A DNA stretch of 64,000 nt. Origin: Candidatus Eiseniibacteriota bacterium. GTDB lineage: Bacteria > Eisenbacteria > RBG-16-71-46. Every line of letters starts with the position of its first letter. Within the stretch, counting starts at the first letter, position 1. This document shows positions 10,847 to 20,092 of the stretch, piece by piece. The notes beneath the pieces were generated by a model. That model was not told the origin of the DNA and did not search any database. It worked only from the letters and a program-made list of their open reading frames with translations. The position numbers and the translations under genes are program-made. The DNA is taken from assembly GCA_044222065.1 (NCBI GenBank), contig JBGAOA010000003.1:48959-112958 (forward strand), read 5' to 3'.

Positions 10847-11416
10847 ATGACCGCGTTCACGATCCCACCCGGAGTCCGCTTCGTCCGCCGCGTGCTGGCC
10901 GGCGGCCTCGTGCTCCTGATCGCGCTGCTCGTCGGCGTCGCGATCGCGCGCGCCGGCGAGATCGTCCCGTCGGTCGGGCTCACGCGCCCGGTGCACGGCG
11001 ACGAGACCAAGACGTACGTCGGACTCGCGCTGCGCGGAAACCTCGTGCCGGTCGTGCAGACCGAGGTCGCGATCGCGCTCCGGGGCGAGGATCGCTTCGG
11101 CGACGCGGGCTCGGTGAAGCTGTGGCCCGTCACGGCGTCGCTGTGGCTGACGCCGGTGCCGACGCTCTACGCAGGCGCAGGCGTGGGCTGGTATCACACG
11201 ACGGTCGAGTCCCCGCTGCCCGGCGGCTCGAGCTCGACCGACGAGCAGTTCGGCGTCCACGTCGGCGGCGGCTTCAAGGTGCCGGTCGCGCCCGCGGCGG
11301 CGATCGACCTCGGCGGGCGCTACGTGATGATGCGCGAGCAGTCGGCGCGCCTCGTGCCCGAGCGCTTCGACCCCGACTTCTGGACTCTGTCCGCAGGCCT
11401 CGCGGTGCGCTTCTAG
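10847..11416 (+). CDS. Outer-membrane beta-barrel protein (OmpA/OmpW-like)
   Basis: Signal peptide, amphipathic strands (LYAGAGVGWY, FGVHVGGG), terminal Phe (GLAVRF); ATG 10847 after GAGGAGG. Confidence 0.75.
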   Translation: MTAFTIPPGVRFVRRVLAGGLVLLIALLVGVAIARAGEIVPSVGLTRPVHGDETKTYVGLALRGNLVPVVQTEVAIALRGEDRFGDAGSVKLWPVTASLWLTPVPTLYAGAGVGWYHTTVESPLPGGSSSTDEQFGVHVGGGFKVPVAPAAAIDLGGRYVMMREQSARLVPERFDPDFWTLSAGLAVRF

Positions 11417-11441
11417 TCGCCCCTTCCCCCGACGCACCGCC

Positions 11442-11481
11442 GCGCGCCGCCCTTCAGTGACCGGGGGCGGCGCGCCCTTTT
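11442..11481 (+). terminator. Rho-independent terminator
   Basis: gcgcgccgccc / gggcggcgcgc 11-bp stem followed by CCTTTT. Confidence 0.65.
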
Positions 11482-11512
11482 GGCCCCCGCGACGCCCGGC
11501 CGAAATTCCCTC

Positions 11513-11541
11513 TTGACGAAGTTTGACCCGAGGTTCAAATT
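11513..11541 (+). promoter_or_regulatory. Putative sigma-70 promoter with overlapping palindromic operator
   Basis: TTGACG (11513-18), 17 nt, CAAATT (11536-41); inverted repeat TTTGA-N8-TCAAA (11522-11539) in the spacer. Confidence 0.5.
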
Positions 11542-11576
11542 TCGACGCGACGTTCAAGTTCGTCCGGAGGTTCGTC

Positions 11577-12260
11577 GTGTCGCCTGGCCGATCCACCGTC
11601 GCGAAGTCCCCGCACGTGCGCGCGAAGCGCGAGCGCCGCCGCGAGGAGATCCTGCACGCCGCGCTGCGCGCGTTCCGCGAGCGCGGCTACCACGCGACGA
11701 CGCTCGACCACATCGCCGAGCGGCTCGGCGTGCGGAAGACGGCGCTCTACCACTACTTCCCGGACAAGGAAGCGATCCTCCACGAGTGCCACCAGGATTC
11801 GCTCGTCCAGCTCGAGCGCATCCTCGAGGCGTCGCGCGCGCTGCGCTCCCCGCGCGAGCGGCTCCGCTACCTGATCCGCGAGCACGTGCGCGTCATGACC
11901 GACACGCTGCGCGGCTCGCCGCTCGCCTTCGAAGTGCAGGCGTTCTCGGAGGAGCGCCGCACCGAGATGATCGCCGGGCGCGACGCCTACGAGCGCGAAT
12001 TGCGCCGCACGATCGAGCGCGGCGTGCGCGCCGGCGAGTTCCGGCCCGTGGATCCCAAGCTCGCCGTGTTCGCGATCCTCGGCGCGATCAACTGGATCGC
12101 GCGCTGGTACCGCCCCGAGGGCGAGCTGCAGGCCGACACGATCGGCGACGCGTTCGCCGACCACCTCATGACCGGACTCGGCCCCGCGCCGCGGCTGTCG
12201 CTCGCCCGGCGCCCGCGCGCGGCCGCGCCGGCCGCAACCCGGAAGAGAACGACGCGATGA
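11577..12260 (+). CDS. TetR/AcrR family regulator (PaaR/KstR2-like)
   Basis: ILHAALRAFRERGYHATTLDHIAERLGVRKTALYHYFPDKE HTH; C-terminal ILGAINWIARWYRPEG; GTG 11577 after GGAGG. Confidence 0.9.
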   Translation: MSPGRSTVAKSPHVRAKRERRREEILHAALRAFRERGYHATTLDHIAERLGVRKTALYHYFPDKEAILHECHQDSLVQLERILEASRALRSPRERLRYLIREHVRVMTDTLRGSPLAFEVQAFSEERRTEMIAGRDAYERELRRTIERGVRAGEFRPVDPKLAVFAILGAINWIARWYRPEGELQADTIGDAFADHLMTGLGPAPRLSLARRPRAAAPAATRKRTTR

Positions 12261-13309
12261 AAGCGATTCGGCTGCTCGAAGGAGGCGCGCCGCTCGAAGT
12301 GCGCGACGTGCCCGATCCCGTGTGTGGCGACGACGACGTCGTGGTGCGCGTCGCGGGCTGCGGGGTGTGCCACACCGACATCGGCTTCTGGAAGGACGGC
12401 GTGCCGACGCGCAAGAGCCTGCCGCTCACGCTCGGGCACGAAGTGAGCGGCGTCGTCGAGTCCGCGGGCGCGGCGCACGCGGCGCTCGTGGGCCGCGAAG
12501 TGATCGTGCCGGCCGTCATTCCGTGCGGCGACTGCGACCTGTGCCGCGCCGGCCGCGGGAACGCGTGCCGCCGCCAGATCATGCCGGGCAACGACCTCGA
12601 CGGCGGCTTCGCCGAGCGGCTCGCGGTGCCCGCGCGCGGCCTGTGCGTCGTGAAGGAGCGCGCCGGCTACGACCTCGCCGAGCTCAGCGTGATCGCCGAC
12701 GCCGTCACGACGCCGTACCAGGCGGTCGTCCGCAGCGGGCTTCAGCCGAACGACCTCGCGATCGTAATCGGCGCCGGCGGCGTCGGCGGCTACGCGGTGC
12801 AGGTCGCGGCCGCACTCGGCGGGAAGGTGGTCGCGGTGGACGTGGACGACGCGAAGCTCGCGCTGATCGCGGAGCACGGCGCGTCGGCGACGTTCAATTC
12901 GCGCACGACGGACTTCAAGACGCTCAAGAAGGAGATCGGCGCGAAGGCGGCGGCGTGGGGCTGCCCGCCAATCGGCTGGAAGGTGTTCGAGTGCTCGGGC
13001 TCGACCGCGGGGCAGGAGACGGCGTTCGGACTGCTCGGGCACGCGGGCACGCTGCTGGTCGTGGGCTTCACGCTCGGCAAGATCGAGGTGCGGCTCAGCA
13101 ACCTCATGGCGTTCGACGCCACCGTGCAGGGCACGTGGGGCTGCCGCACCGAGCTCTACCGCGAGGCCGTCCAGCTCGTCACGAGCGGGCGCGTCACCTT
13201 GAAGCCGTTCATCGAACGGCACCCGATGAGCCGCGGTCCGGAAGTGATCCGGCGCGTGGCGGACCACGAGATCACGAAGCGGGCGATCCTCGAGCCCGAC
13301 TGGAGCTAG
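12257..13309 (+). CDS. had: 6-hydroxycyclohex-1-ene-1-carbonyl-CoA dehydrogenase (Zn-dependent MDR)
   Basis: CGVCHTD, GHE, CGDCDLC..C, MPGNDLDGGFA, RLSNLMAFDA, GTWGC; ATGA overlap with tetR; context. Confidence 0.88.
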   Translation: MKAIRLLEGGAPLEVRDVPDPVCGDDDVVVRVAGCGVCHTDIGFWKDGVPTRKSLPLTLGHEVSGVVESAGAAHAALVGREVIVPAVIPCGDCDLCRAGRGNACRRQIMPGNDLDGGFAERLAVPARGLCVVKERAGYDLAELSVIADAVTTPYQAVVRSGLQPNDLAIVIGAGGVGGYAVQVAAALGGKVVAVDVDDAKLALIAEHGASATFNSRTTDFKTLKKEIGAKAAAWGCPPIGWKVFECSGSTAGQETAFGLLGHAGTLLVVGFTLGKIEVRLSNLMAFDATVQGTWGCRTELYREAVQLVTSGRVTLKPFIERHPMSRGPEVIRRVADHEITKRAILEPDWS

Positions 13310-13313
13310 GACC

Positions 13314-14417
13314 ATGCTGAAAGTCCACACGCTGATCGAGAACTGGAAGCCGCAGCACATCCGCTACGAACTGAAACCCGCGCGCGACCCGAAGGGCAAC
13401 GCGGTGGACGGGCTCTTCAACGCCTGGATCGTGATCGACAATCCGCCGCAGCTGAACAGCTACACGACCGAGATCGCGCGCGAGATCGTGCTCGCGTTCC
13501 GCGAGGCGAGCATGGACCGGCGCGTCGTGGCGGTCGTGTTCACGGCGACCGGCGACAAGGCGTTCTGCACCGGCGGGAACACGAAGGAGTACGCCGAGTA
13601 CTACGCGGGCAATCCGCAGGAATACAAGCAGTACATGCGCGTCTTCAACGACATGATCGACGCGATCCTGCGCTGCGACAAACCCGTCATCAACCGCGTG
13701 AACGGCATGCGCGTCGCGGGCGGCCAGGAGATCGGCATGGCGTGCGACTTCAGCATCGCCGTGGACACCGCGCGCTTCGGACAGGCGGGGCCGAAGCACG
13801 GCTCCGCGCCCGACGGCGGCTCGACGGACTTCCTGCCGCTCTACGTCGGCTTCGGTCACGCGATGGAGAGCGCCGTGCTGTGCCAGCTCTGGAGCGCGCA
13901 CAAGGCCGCGTTCCTCGGGCTCATCAACGAAGTCGTGCCGGTGCTGAAGGTGGACGGGCGGTTCGTTCCGAACCCGCTCGTCGTGACGGATCGATTCGTG
14001 GACGAGTGGGGCCGCATCGTCTACGGCGACTTCCGCACCGGCCCCGATGCCGAGGCCGCGAAGGCGACCCTCGCGAAGGCGACGACCGACCTGTCGAAGC
14101 TCGACGAAGCGGTCGAACGCGCGTGCACGCAGCTCCTGATGCTCATGCCCGACTGCGTGTCGAAGACCGTGAACAGCGTGCGCAAGCACAAGCAGCGTCA
14201 CTGGGACCAGAACAGCATCACGAATCGCGAGTGGCTCGCGCTCAACATGATGACCGAGGGCCGCGCCGGCTTCCGCGCGTTCAACGAAGGTCCGAAGGAC
14301 CGCCGCGAGGTGGACTTCATCAAGCTGCGCCAGCTGCTCGCGCAGGGCCATCCGTGGGACGACGAGCTCTATCGCGCGATCTCGCCCCAGTGTCAGACCG
14401 AGGGCGCGCCGCGCTGA
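13314..14417 (+). CDS. oah: 6-oxocyclohex-1-ene-1-carbonyl-CoA hydrolase (ring-opening; BamA/BzdY)
   Basis: NSYTT, AFCTGGNTKEYAEYYAGNPQEY, GQAGPKHGSAPDGG, WLALNMMTE. Confidence 0.93.
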   Translation: MLKVHTLIENWKPQHIRYELKPARDPKGNAVDGLFNAWIVIDNPPQLNSYTTEIAREIVLAFREASMDRRVVAVVFTATGDKAFCTGGNTKEYAEYYAGNPQEYKQYMRVFNDMIDAILRCDKPVINRVNGMRVAGGQEIGMACDFSIAVDTARFGQAGPKHGSAPDGGSTDFLPLYVGFGHAMESAVLCQLWSAHKAAFLGLINEVVPVLKVDGRFVPNPLVVTDRFVDEWGRIVYGDFRTGPDAEAAKATLAKATTDLSKLDEAVERACTQLLMLMPDCVSKTVNSVRKHKQRHWDQNSITNREWLALNMMTEGRAGFRAFNEGPKDRREVDFIKLRQLLAQGHPWDDELYRAISPQCQTEGAPR

Positions 14418-14445
14418 GCCGCGGCGCCGAAGGGAGCGGGCGGCG

Positions 14446-15195
14446 GTGGATCTGGGACTGAAGGGCCGGGCGGCGATCGTCACGGGCGGCGCGTCGGGGA
14501 TCGGCGCGGCGGTCGCGGCCGAACTCGCGCGCGAGGGCTGCGACGTCGCGATCGTGGACCTGAAGGCGCCCGCGCCGGACTCGCCGCCGATGCGCGCGAT
14601 CGCCGACGCCGGGCGGCGCGCGCTCGCGTTCGCCGCCGACGTGCGCGACTTCGCGCTCGCCGAGCGTACGGTGAAGGACATCGCCGCCGCGTTCGGCCGC
14701 CTCGACGTGCTCGTGTGCTCGGCCGGCATCACCGACGACGCGCTGTCGTGGAAGATGGACGAGGCGCAGTGGGACCGCGTGCTCGCCGTGAACCTGAAGG
14801 GCTGCTTCAACTGGTCGCGCGCCGCCGCGGCGATCCTGAAGGAGCGGCGCTTCGGCCGCATCGTGAACGTCGCCTCGATCAACGGCCTGCGCGGCAAGTT
14901 CGGTCAGGCAAACTACGCGGCGTCCAAGGGCGGCGTGATCGCGCTGTCGAAGACACTCGCGCGCGAGCTCGGCAAGTTCGGCGTCACCGTGAACGTCGTC
15001 GCGCCCGGCATGGTGCGCACCGAGATGGCGTCGTCGCTGCCGCCGGACGTGATCGAGAAGGCCGTGGACGAGACGGTCGTCGGCCGCATCGCGAGTCCCG
15101 AGGACTGCGCGGCGGCGGTCGCGTTCCTGTGCTCGGAGCGCGCCGCGCACCTGACCGGGCAGATCGTGAAGGTGGACGGTGGCCAGTACCTGTGA
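14446..15195 (+). CDS. SDR-family 3-hydroxyacyl-CoA dehydrogenase/3-oxoacyl reductase (BzdZ-like position)
   Basis: TGGASGIG, NYAASK, VNVVAPG, VDGG. Confidence 0.85.
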   Translation: MDLGLKGRAAIVTGGASGIGAAVAAELAREGCDVAIVDLKAPAPDSPPMRAIADAGRRALAFAADVRDFALAERTVKDIAAAFGRLDVLVCSAGITDDALSWKMDEAQWDRVLAVNLKGCFNWSRAAAAILKERRFGRIVNVASINGLRGKFGQANYAASKGGVIALSKTLARELGKFGVTVNVVAPGMVRTEMASSLPPDVIEKAVDETVVGRIASPEDCAAAVAFLCSERAAHLTGQIVKVDGGQYL

Positions 15196-15216
15196 GCGCG
15201 GCGTGAGGGGCGCGCG

Positions 15217-16371
15217 ATGAGCCGCGTCGCGGTCGTCGGCATCGGGCACACGGCGTTCGGCCGCCGCGCCGACGCGAGCGTGCAGGAACTCGCGTGCGAG
15301 GCGTTCCGCGAAGCGCTCTCCGACGCGGGCCTCGAGCGCGACGCGATCGAAGCCACGGTCGTCGGCTCGGTGCCCGAGTACCACAAGCAGCGTTCGCTCG
15401 CGGGCGTCGTGAACGAGTACCTCGGACTCGCGCCGCGCCCCACGTGGCTGACCGAAGCGGCGTGCGCGTCGGGGAGCGCCGCAATCCGCACCGCGTGGAC
15501 GCAGATCCGCGCCGGGGTGCACGACGTGGTCGCGGTGATCGGCTGCCAGAAGATGACCGAGCTTCCGACCGCCGACATCCTCGCCCTGATGGGCCGCGTG
15601 GGCGAGGTGCAGTGGGAGTCCGTGTTCGGCACGACGTTCCCCGGCTACTACGCGATGTTCGCGCGCCGTCACATGCACGAGTTCGGCACGACGCGCGAGC
15701 AGCTCACGGCGGTCGCGGTCAAGAACCACCACTACGGCGCGCTCAACCCGCTCGCGATGTTCCGCAAGGAAGTGACGGCCGAGAAGGCGCGAGCGTCCGA
15801 AGAGGTCGCCGCCCCGTTCAACGTGTACGACTGCTGCGCGAACGCCGACGGCGCCGCGTGCGTGATCCTCGCGTCCGAGCCGCGCGCGCGTTCGCTGGCG
15901 AAGCCGCCGGTGTGGCTCGCGGGACTGGGTGCTGCGAGCGCGAGCATGAGCGTGCTGCGCCGGCCATCGCTCGCGGGGCTGCCGAGCGCCGAGCGCGCCG
16001 CCGCCGACGCGTACGCGATGGCGGGCGTGCACGCGAAGCGCGTGCGCGTCGCCGACGTGCACGACTGCTTCACGATCGCCGAGATCCTCGCCTACGAAGA
16101 CCTGGGCTTCTGCGCGCGCGGCGAGGGCGGACGTCTCGCCGAGTCGCGCGCGACGTGGATCGGCGGGCCCGTGGCCGTGAACGTGGACGGTGGCCTCAAG
16201 GCGAAGGGCCACCCGATCGGCGCGACGGGCGTCTCGATGACGTGCGAGATCGTGAAGCAGCTGCGCGGCGAGGCGGGCGAGCGGCAGGTGCCGAACGCCG
16301 ACGTCGGGCTCACGCACAACGTCGGCGGCATCGGGCAGTACTGCTTCGTGCACGTGCTCACGCGGGAGTGA
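15217..16371 (+). CDS. Thiolase, SCP2/archaeal-type
   Basis: EAACASGS catalytic Cys, VHDCFTIAE, GGLKAKGHPIGATG, THNVGG. Confidence 0.88.
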   Translation: MSRVAVVGIGHTAFGRRADASVQELACEAFREALSDAGLERDAIEATVVGSVPEYHKQRSLAGVVNEYLGLAPRPTWLTEAACASGSAAIRTAWTQIRAGVHDVVAVIGCQKMTELPTADILALMGRVGEVQWESVFGTTFPGYYAMFARRHMHEFGTTREQLTAVAVKNHHYGALNPLAMFRKEVTAEKARASEEVAAPFNVYDCCANADGAACVILASEPRARSLAKPPVWLAGLGAASASMSVLRRPSLAGLPSAERAAADAYAMAGVHAKRVRVADVHDCFTIAEILAYEDLGFCARGEGGRLAESRATWIGGPVAVNVDGGLKAKGHPIGATGVSMTCEIVKQLRGEAGERQVPNADVGLTHNVGGIGQYCFVHVLTRE

Positions 16372-16375
16372 CGCG

Positions 16376-16843
16376 ATGTTCAAGTGGTTCGGGATCGTCA
16401 GCTTCACGCCGCACACGAAGGTCGCGGCGTTCGCCGAACACCTGAAGGACGGGCGCATCGTGGGCTCGCGCTGCACGGCGTGCGGTGAGCGTAGTTTCCC
16501 GCCGCGCGCCGACTGCGAGCGCTGCCTGTCGCCGGCGTTCGAGTTCGTCCCGATCGCGCCGCGCGGGCGACTGCTCACGTGGACGCGCATCCACGCCGCG
16601 CCGACGGGGTTCGAAGCGCTCGCGCCGTACGCGCTCGGCGTCGTGGACCTGGAAGACGGCGGCCGCGCGCTGGCGCCGTTCGGCTCGAGTGTGACGCCCG
16701 ACCTGATTCGAATCGGAATGGAACTGGACCTCGTGCCGCGCCTGCACGAGGAGATCGAGGACATCCGGGTGGACTACACGCTCGAGCGGCCGGGCGCCGG
16801 ATCGGGCGCGGCGGCGGGCACGGCCCCGCCGGGGAGGAGTTGA
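16376..16843 (+). CDS. DUF35 Zn-ribbon/OB-fold acyl-CoA-binding partner of thiolase
   Basis: RCTACG...FPPRADCERC zinc ribbon then OB fold (PYALGVVDLEDG, IRIGM). Confidence 0.88.
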   Translation: MFKWFGIVSFTPHTKVAAFAEHLKDGRIVGSRCTACGERSFPPRADCERCLSPAFEFVPIAPRGRLLTWTRIHAAPTGFEALAPYALGVVDLEDGGRALAPFGSSVTPDLIRIGMELDLVPRLHEEIEDIRVDYTLERPGAGSGAAAGTAPPGRS

Positions 16844-16846
16844 ACG

Positions 16847-17605
16847 ATGGCGTTCCAGCACACGATCGAAGACGGCGTCGCGACGCTGACGCTCGCGAGC
16901 CCGCCGCTCAACATCCTCACGCGCGCCGCACTCGCCGAACTGCGTGCCGCGCTCGAGGCGCTCGCGCGCGAGCCGGGGCTGCGCGTCGTGCGGCTCGTCG
17001 CCGCGGGGAACCACTTCTCGGCCGGCGCCGACGTCGGTGAGCACCTGGCGCCACAATACCGCGAGCTGATCCCCGAGTTCGCGAGCACGATCGAAGCGCT
17101 CGCCGCGTTCCCGCTGCCCGTGATCGCGGCGGTGCGCGGGCGCTGCCTCGGCGGCGGCTTCGAGCTCGTGCAGGCGGCCGACGTGATCGTGGCGGGCGAG
17201 GGCGCGTCGTTCGGCCAGCCCGAGATCCTGCTCGGCGTCACGGCGCCCGCGGCGTGCGTGCTGCTGCCTCGGCTCGGCTCGCGCGGCGCGGCGGCGGAGC
17301 TGCTCTTCACGGGCGATCCGATCCCGGCGAAGCGCGCGCTCGAACTCGGATTCGTGCAGCGCGTCGTCGAGGACGCCCGCGTCGAGGACGAAGCGCTCGC
17401 GCTCGCGAAGCGGATGAGCCGCCACAGCGCCGTCGCGCTCGAGTTCACGAAGCGCACGCTGAACGAGACCGCGCCGCTCGCGCGCGGTGCGGCGCTCGGC
17501 GTGGCCGCGTCGATGTACGTGAACGAACTCATGAACGCCGCCGACCCGAACGAGGGCCTGCGCGCGTTCCTCGACAAGCGCCCGGCCGAGTGGAGGCACG
17601 CATGA
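16847..17605 (+). CDS. dch: Cyclohexa-1,5-diene-1-carbonyl-CoA hydratase
   Basis: Crotonase fold; HFSAGADVGEH, GRCLGGGFEL, GQPEILLGV, Y..ELM...D..EGL; context. Confidence 0.85.
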   Translation: MAFQHTIEDGVATLTLASPPLNILTRAALAELRAALEALAREPGLRVVRLVAAGNHFSAGADVGEHLAPQYRELIPEFASTIEALAAFPLPVIAAVRGRCLGGGFELVQAADVIVAGEGASFGQPEILLGVTAPAACVLLPRLGSRGAAAELLFTGDPIPAKRALELGFVQRVVEDARVEDEALALAKRMSRHSAVALEFTKRTLNETAPLARGAALGVAASMYVNELMNAADPNEGLRAFLDKRPAEWRHA

Positions 17606-18771
17606 ACGCGGTGCGCGTGTTCCCCGAGTGGCGCGGCCTCGAGCTCGACGACACGCTGCGCGCGTGCGTGGACCTGCTCGAGGACACCGACTTCCCGACC
17701 GCGAAGCGCTGGCGCGAGGCGGGCGGCAAGATCGTCGGGCACTTCCAGGTGTACTTCCCCGAAGAGATCGCGCACGCGGCCGGCATGTTGCCGTTCAAGA
17801 TGCGCGGCGCGCCGATCGAGCCCAAGCGCGCCGACTCGCGCTTCGGCTCGTACCTGTGCTCGATCCTCAAGACCTCGCTCGAACTCGCGCTCTCGAACCG
17901 CGTCGAGCTGGAACTGTTCGTCACGCACCCGATCTGCGACGCGGCGCGCAACCTCGCCGCCGTGTTCGGGCGCAACTTCCCGTACCCGTGCCAGATCCTC
18001 TACCTGCCGCAGAACGCGGCGTCGCCCGCGGCCCGCACGTACCTGCGCGGCGAATACGACCGCGTGCGCGAGCTGTGCGGCACGATCGCGGGTCGGCCGG
18101 TCACCGACGACGCGCTGCGCGCCTCGATCGCCGTGTTCGACCGCAATCGCGCGCTGCTCCGCGAGCTGTACGCGATCAAGCGCGAGACGCCGTGGCTCGT
18201 CGCCGCGCACGAGGCGTACGCGCTCGTCGCGCTCGGCGGACTGATGCCGCGCGAGGAGCACAACGAGCTGCTCGAACACGTGCTGCCGCGGCTGCGCGCC
18301 CGCGGCCTCAAGCCGCAGGACCGCGTGCGCATCGTGTTCGAGGGCGGCTTCTGCGAACAGCCGCCGTTCGAGCTGATCCGCTCGATCGGGCGCTCGTGCT
18401 ACGTCGTGGACGACGACCTGCTGATCGGCCTGCGCTGGATCCTCGAGGACGTCGGCGCGTCGGGCGATCCGCTCGACGCGCTCGCGCACGCCTACCTCGA
18501 CCGCTCGAGCTACAGCCCGGTGCAGCACGACCCGAGGAAGCCCAAGGAGGCGATGCTGCTCGAACGCGTGCGCCGCTCGAATGCCCAGGCCGTGATCCTC
18601 GCCGCGGCGAAGATGTGCGAGCCCGGGCTCGAGGAGCAGGTCGCGTACGTGCACGCGCTCGAAGAGGCGAAGCTGCCGTACTTCGTGACCGAGTTCGAAG
18701 AGAACATGACGAGCTTCGACACGCTCGAGATCCAGCTCGAGACGTTCGTCGAGAACCTGCTGTTCGTGTGA
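17602..18771 (+). CDS. bcrC: Class I benzoyl-CoA reductase subunit C (BcrC/BadD/BzdN; HgdB family)
   Basis: PEEIAHAAGMLP, Cys ligands YLCSI, ICDAARNL, KMCEPG; ATGA overlap with dch. Confidence 0.85.
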   Translation: MNAVRVFPEWRGLELDDTLRACVDLLEDTDFPTAKRWREAGGKIVGHFQVYFPEEIAHAAGMLPFKMRGAPIEPKRADSRFGSYLCSILKTSLELALSNRVELELFVTHPICDAARNLAAVFGRNFPYPCQILYLPQNAASPAARTYLRGEYDRVRELCGTIAGRPVTDDALRASIAVFDRNRALLRELYAIKRETPWLVAAHEAYALVALGGLMPREEHNELLEHVLPRLRARGLKPQDRVRIVFEGGFCEQPPFELIRSIGRSCYVVDDDLLIGLRWILEDVGASGDPLDALAHAYLDRSSYSPVQHDPRKPKEAMLLERVRRSNAQAVILAAAKMCEPGLEEQVAYVHALEEAKLPYFVTEFEENMTSFDTLEIQLETFVENLLFV

Positions 18772-18781
18772 GGGAGGGGAG

Positions 18782-20077
18782 ATGAACGGAGCGAACGAGA
18801 CGAACGGCCTCGTGGGGCGCGCGAACCGCGAAGGCGCGCGGCTGTTCCGCGAGTGGTTCGACGGACTCGGGCAGGCGGCCGAGGAGGGACGGGGCGGAGC
18901 GTACGTGTTCGTCATGGGCAGCCTCGGCGAGCTGCTCACGACGTTCGACCTGCCGCTCGTGTTCCCCGAGATCAACTCGCTGCAGACCGCGGTGCGGCGC
19001 CAGGCGCACGACTACCTGAACGAGGCCGAGGACGTCGGCTACTCGCCCGACATCTGCGGCTACGTGAAGGCCGACGTCGCGACGCAGCGGCGCGGTGGCG
19101 CGCTGCCGATGGGGCGCATCCCGAAGCCGTCGATCGCGGTGCTCACGAACGCGTGCAACACGTACATCAAGTGGGCCGAGATCTGGGAGCGCATGTACGG
19201 CATGCCGTCGTACGTCCTCGACGTGCCCGCCTCGCGCCAGGACGGCCAGCCGGTGCGGCGCGGCGCGATGGGCTTCGAGCGCGACCGCGCGTACGTCGCG
19301 GCGCAGCTCAAGGAGCTGATCGCGGTGCTCGAGGACGTCACGAAGAAGCGCTTCGACATCGACCGGCTGCGCGAGGCGATGGGCCACGCGAACGCGATGA
19401 GCCGCGCGTGGAAGCGCGTGCTCGAGCTGAACCGCAGCCGGCCGTCGCTGTTCAACGCGCTCTCGGACGGCACGATCTACCTGGGCGTGTGCAACGGCTT
19501 CCGCGGCAAGGCCGAGGGTGCGCGCTACTTCGAGGACCTCGTCGAAGAGATGGAGTTCAAGCGCGCGAACGCGATCGGCACGCTCGTGGACGAACGCTTC
19601 CGGCTCGTGTTCGTCGGCGTGCCGTGCTACCCGATCTTCCGCCGCTTCACCGAGCTGTTCTCGGAACACGGCGGCACGTTCGTCAGCTCGACCTACCTGT
19701 GGTTCGCCTCGGGCGGCACGAACCTCGGCTTCGAGTACGACCTGAAGGACCCGATCGAGAGCCTCGCCGAGGGCGTGCTCGTGGGCGTGAGCGACGCGAT
19801 GGACAGCATGTTCTTCCAGACCGACGCCCTCGCCTCGATCGTGGACGAGTTCGGCGTGGACGGCGTCGTCTACCACCCGATCAAGAGCTGCCGCACGACG
19901 TCCACCGGCCTCGCCGACAACCGGCGCGCGCTGATGGAGCGCCGCGACGTGCCGAGCCTCTTCATCGAGTCGGACATGATGGACCGGCGCGTCGTCTCGG
20001 AAGCGCAGCTCAAGAACCGTATCGACGCGTTCTTCGAAGGCCTGCAGTCGCGCCGGAACCAGGCCGCGGCCGTCTAG
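18782..20077 (+). CDS. bcrB: Class I benzoyl-CoA reductase subunit B (BcrB/BadE/BzdO; HgdA family)
   Basis: PEINSLQ, GYSPDICGYVKAD, NACNTYIKW, HPIKSCR, IESD.MD.R. Confidence 0.87.
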   Translation: MNGANETNGLVGRANREGARLFREWFDGLGQAAEEGRGGAYVFVMGSLGELLTTFDLPLVFPEINSLQTAVRRQAHDYLNEAEDVGYSPDICGYVKADVATQRRGGALPMGRIPKPSIAVLTNACNTYIKWAEIWERMYGMPSYVLDVPASRQDGQPVRRGAMGFERDRAYVAAQLKELIAVLEDVTKKRFDIDRLREAMGHANAMSRAWKRVLELNRSRPSLFNALSDGTIYLGVCNGFRGKAEGARYFEDLVEEMEFKRANAIGTLVDERFRLVFVGVPCYPIFRRFTELFSEHGGTFVSSTYLWFASGGTNLGFEYDLKDPIESLAEGVLVGVSDAMDSMFFQTDALASIVDEFGVDGVVYHPIKSCRTTSTGLADNRRALMERRDVPSLFIESDMMDRRVVSEAQLKNRIDAFFEGLQSRRNQAAAV

Positions 20078-20092
20078 GGAAAGGGCATCGCG

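Noticed and set aside
11522..11539. FNR/AadR-type anaerobox upstream of the bcr operon
   Set aside because: Spacing is TTGA-N8-TCAA, not the FNR TTGAT-N4-ATCAA; treated as a TetR operator candidate
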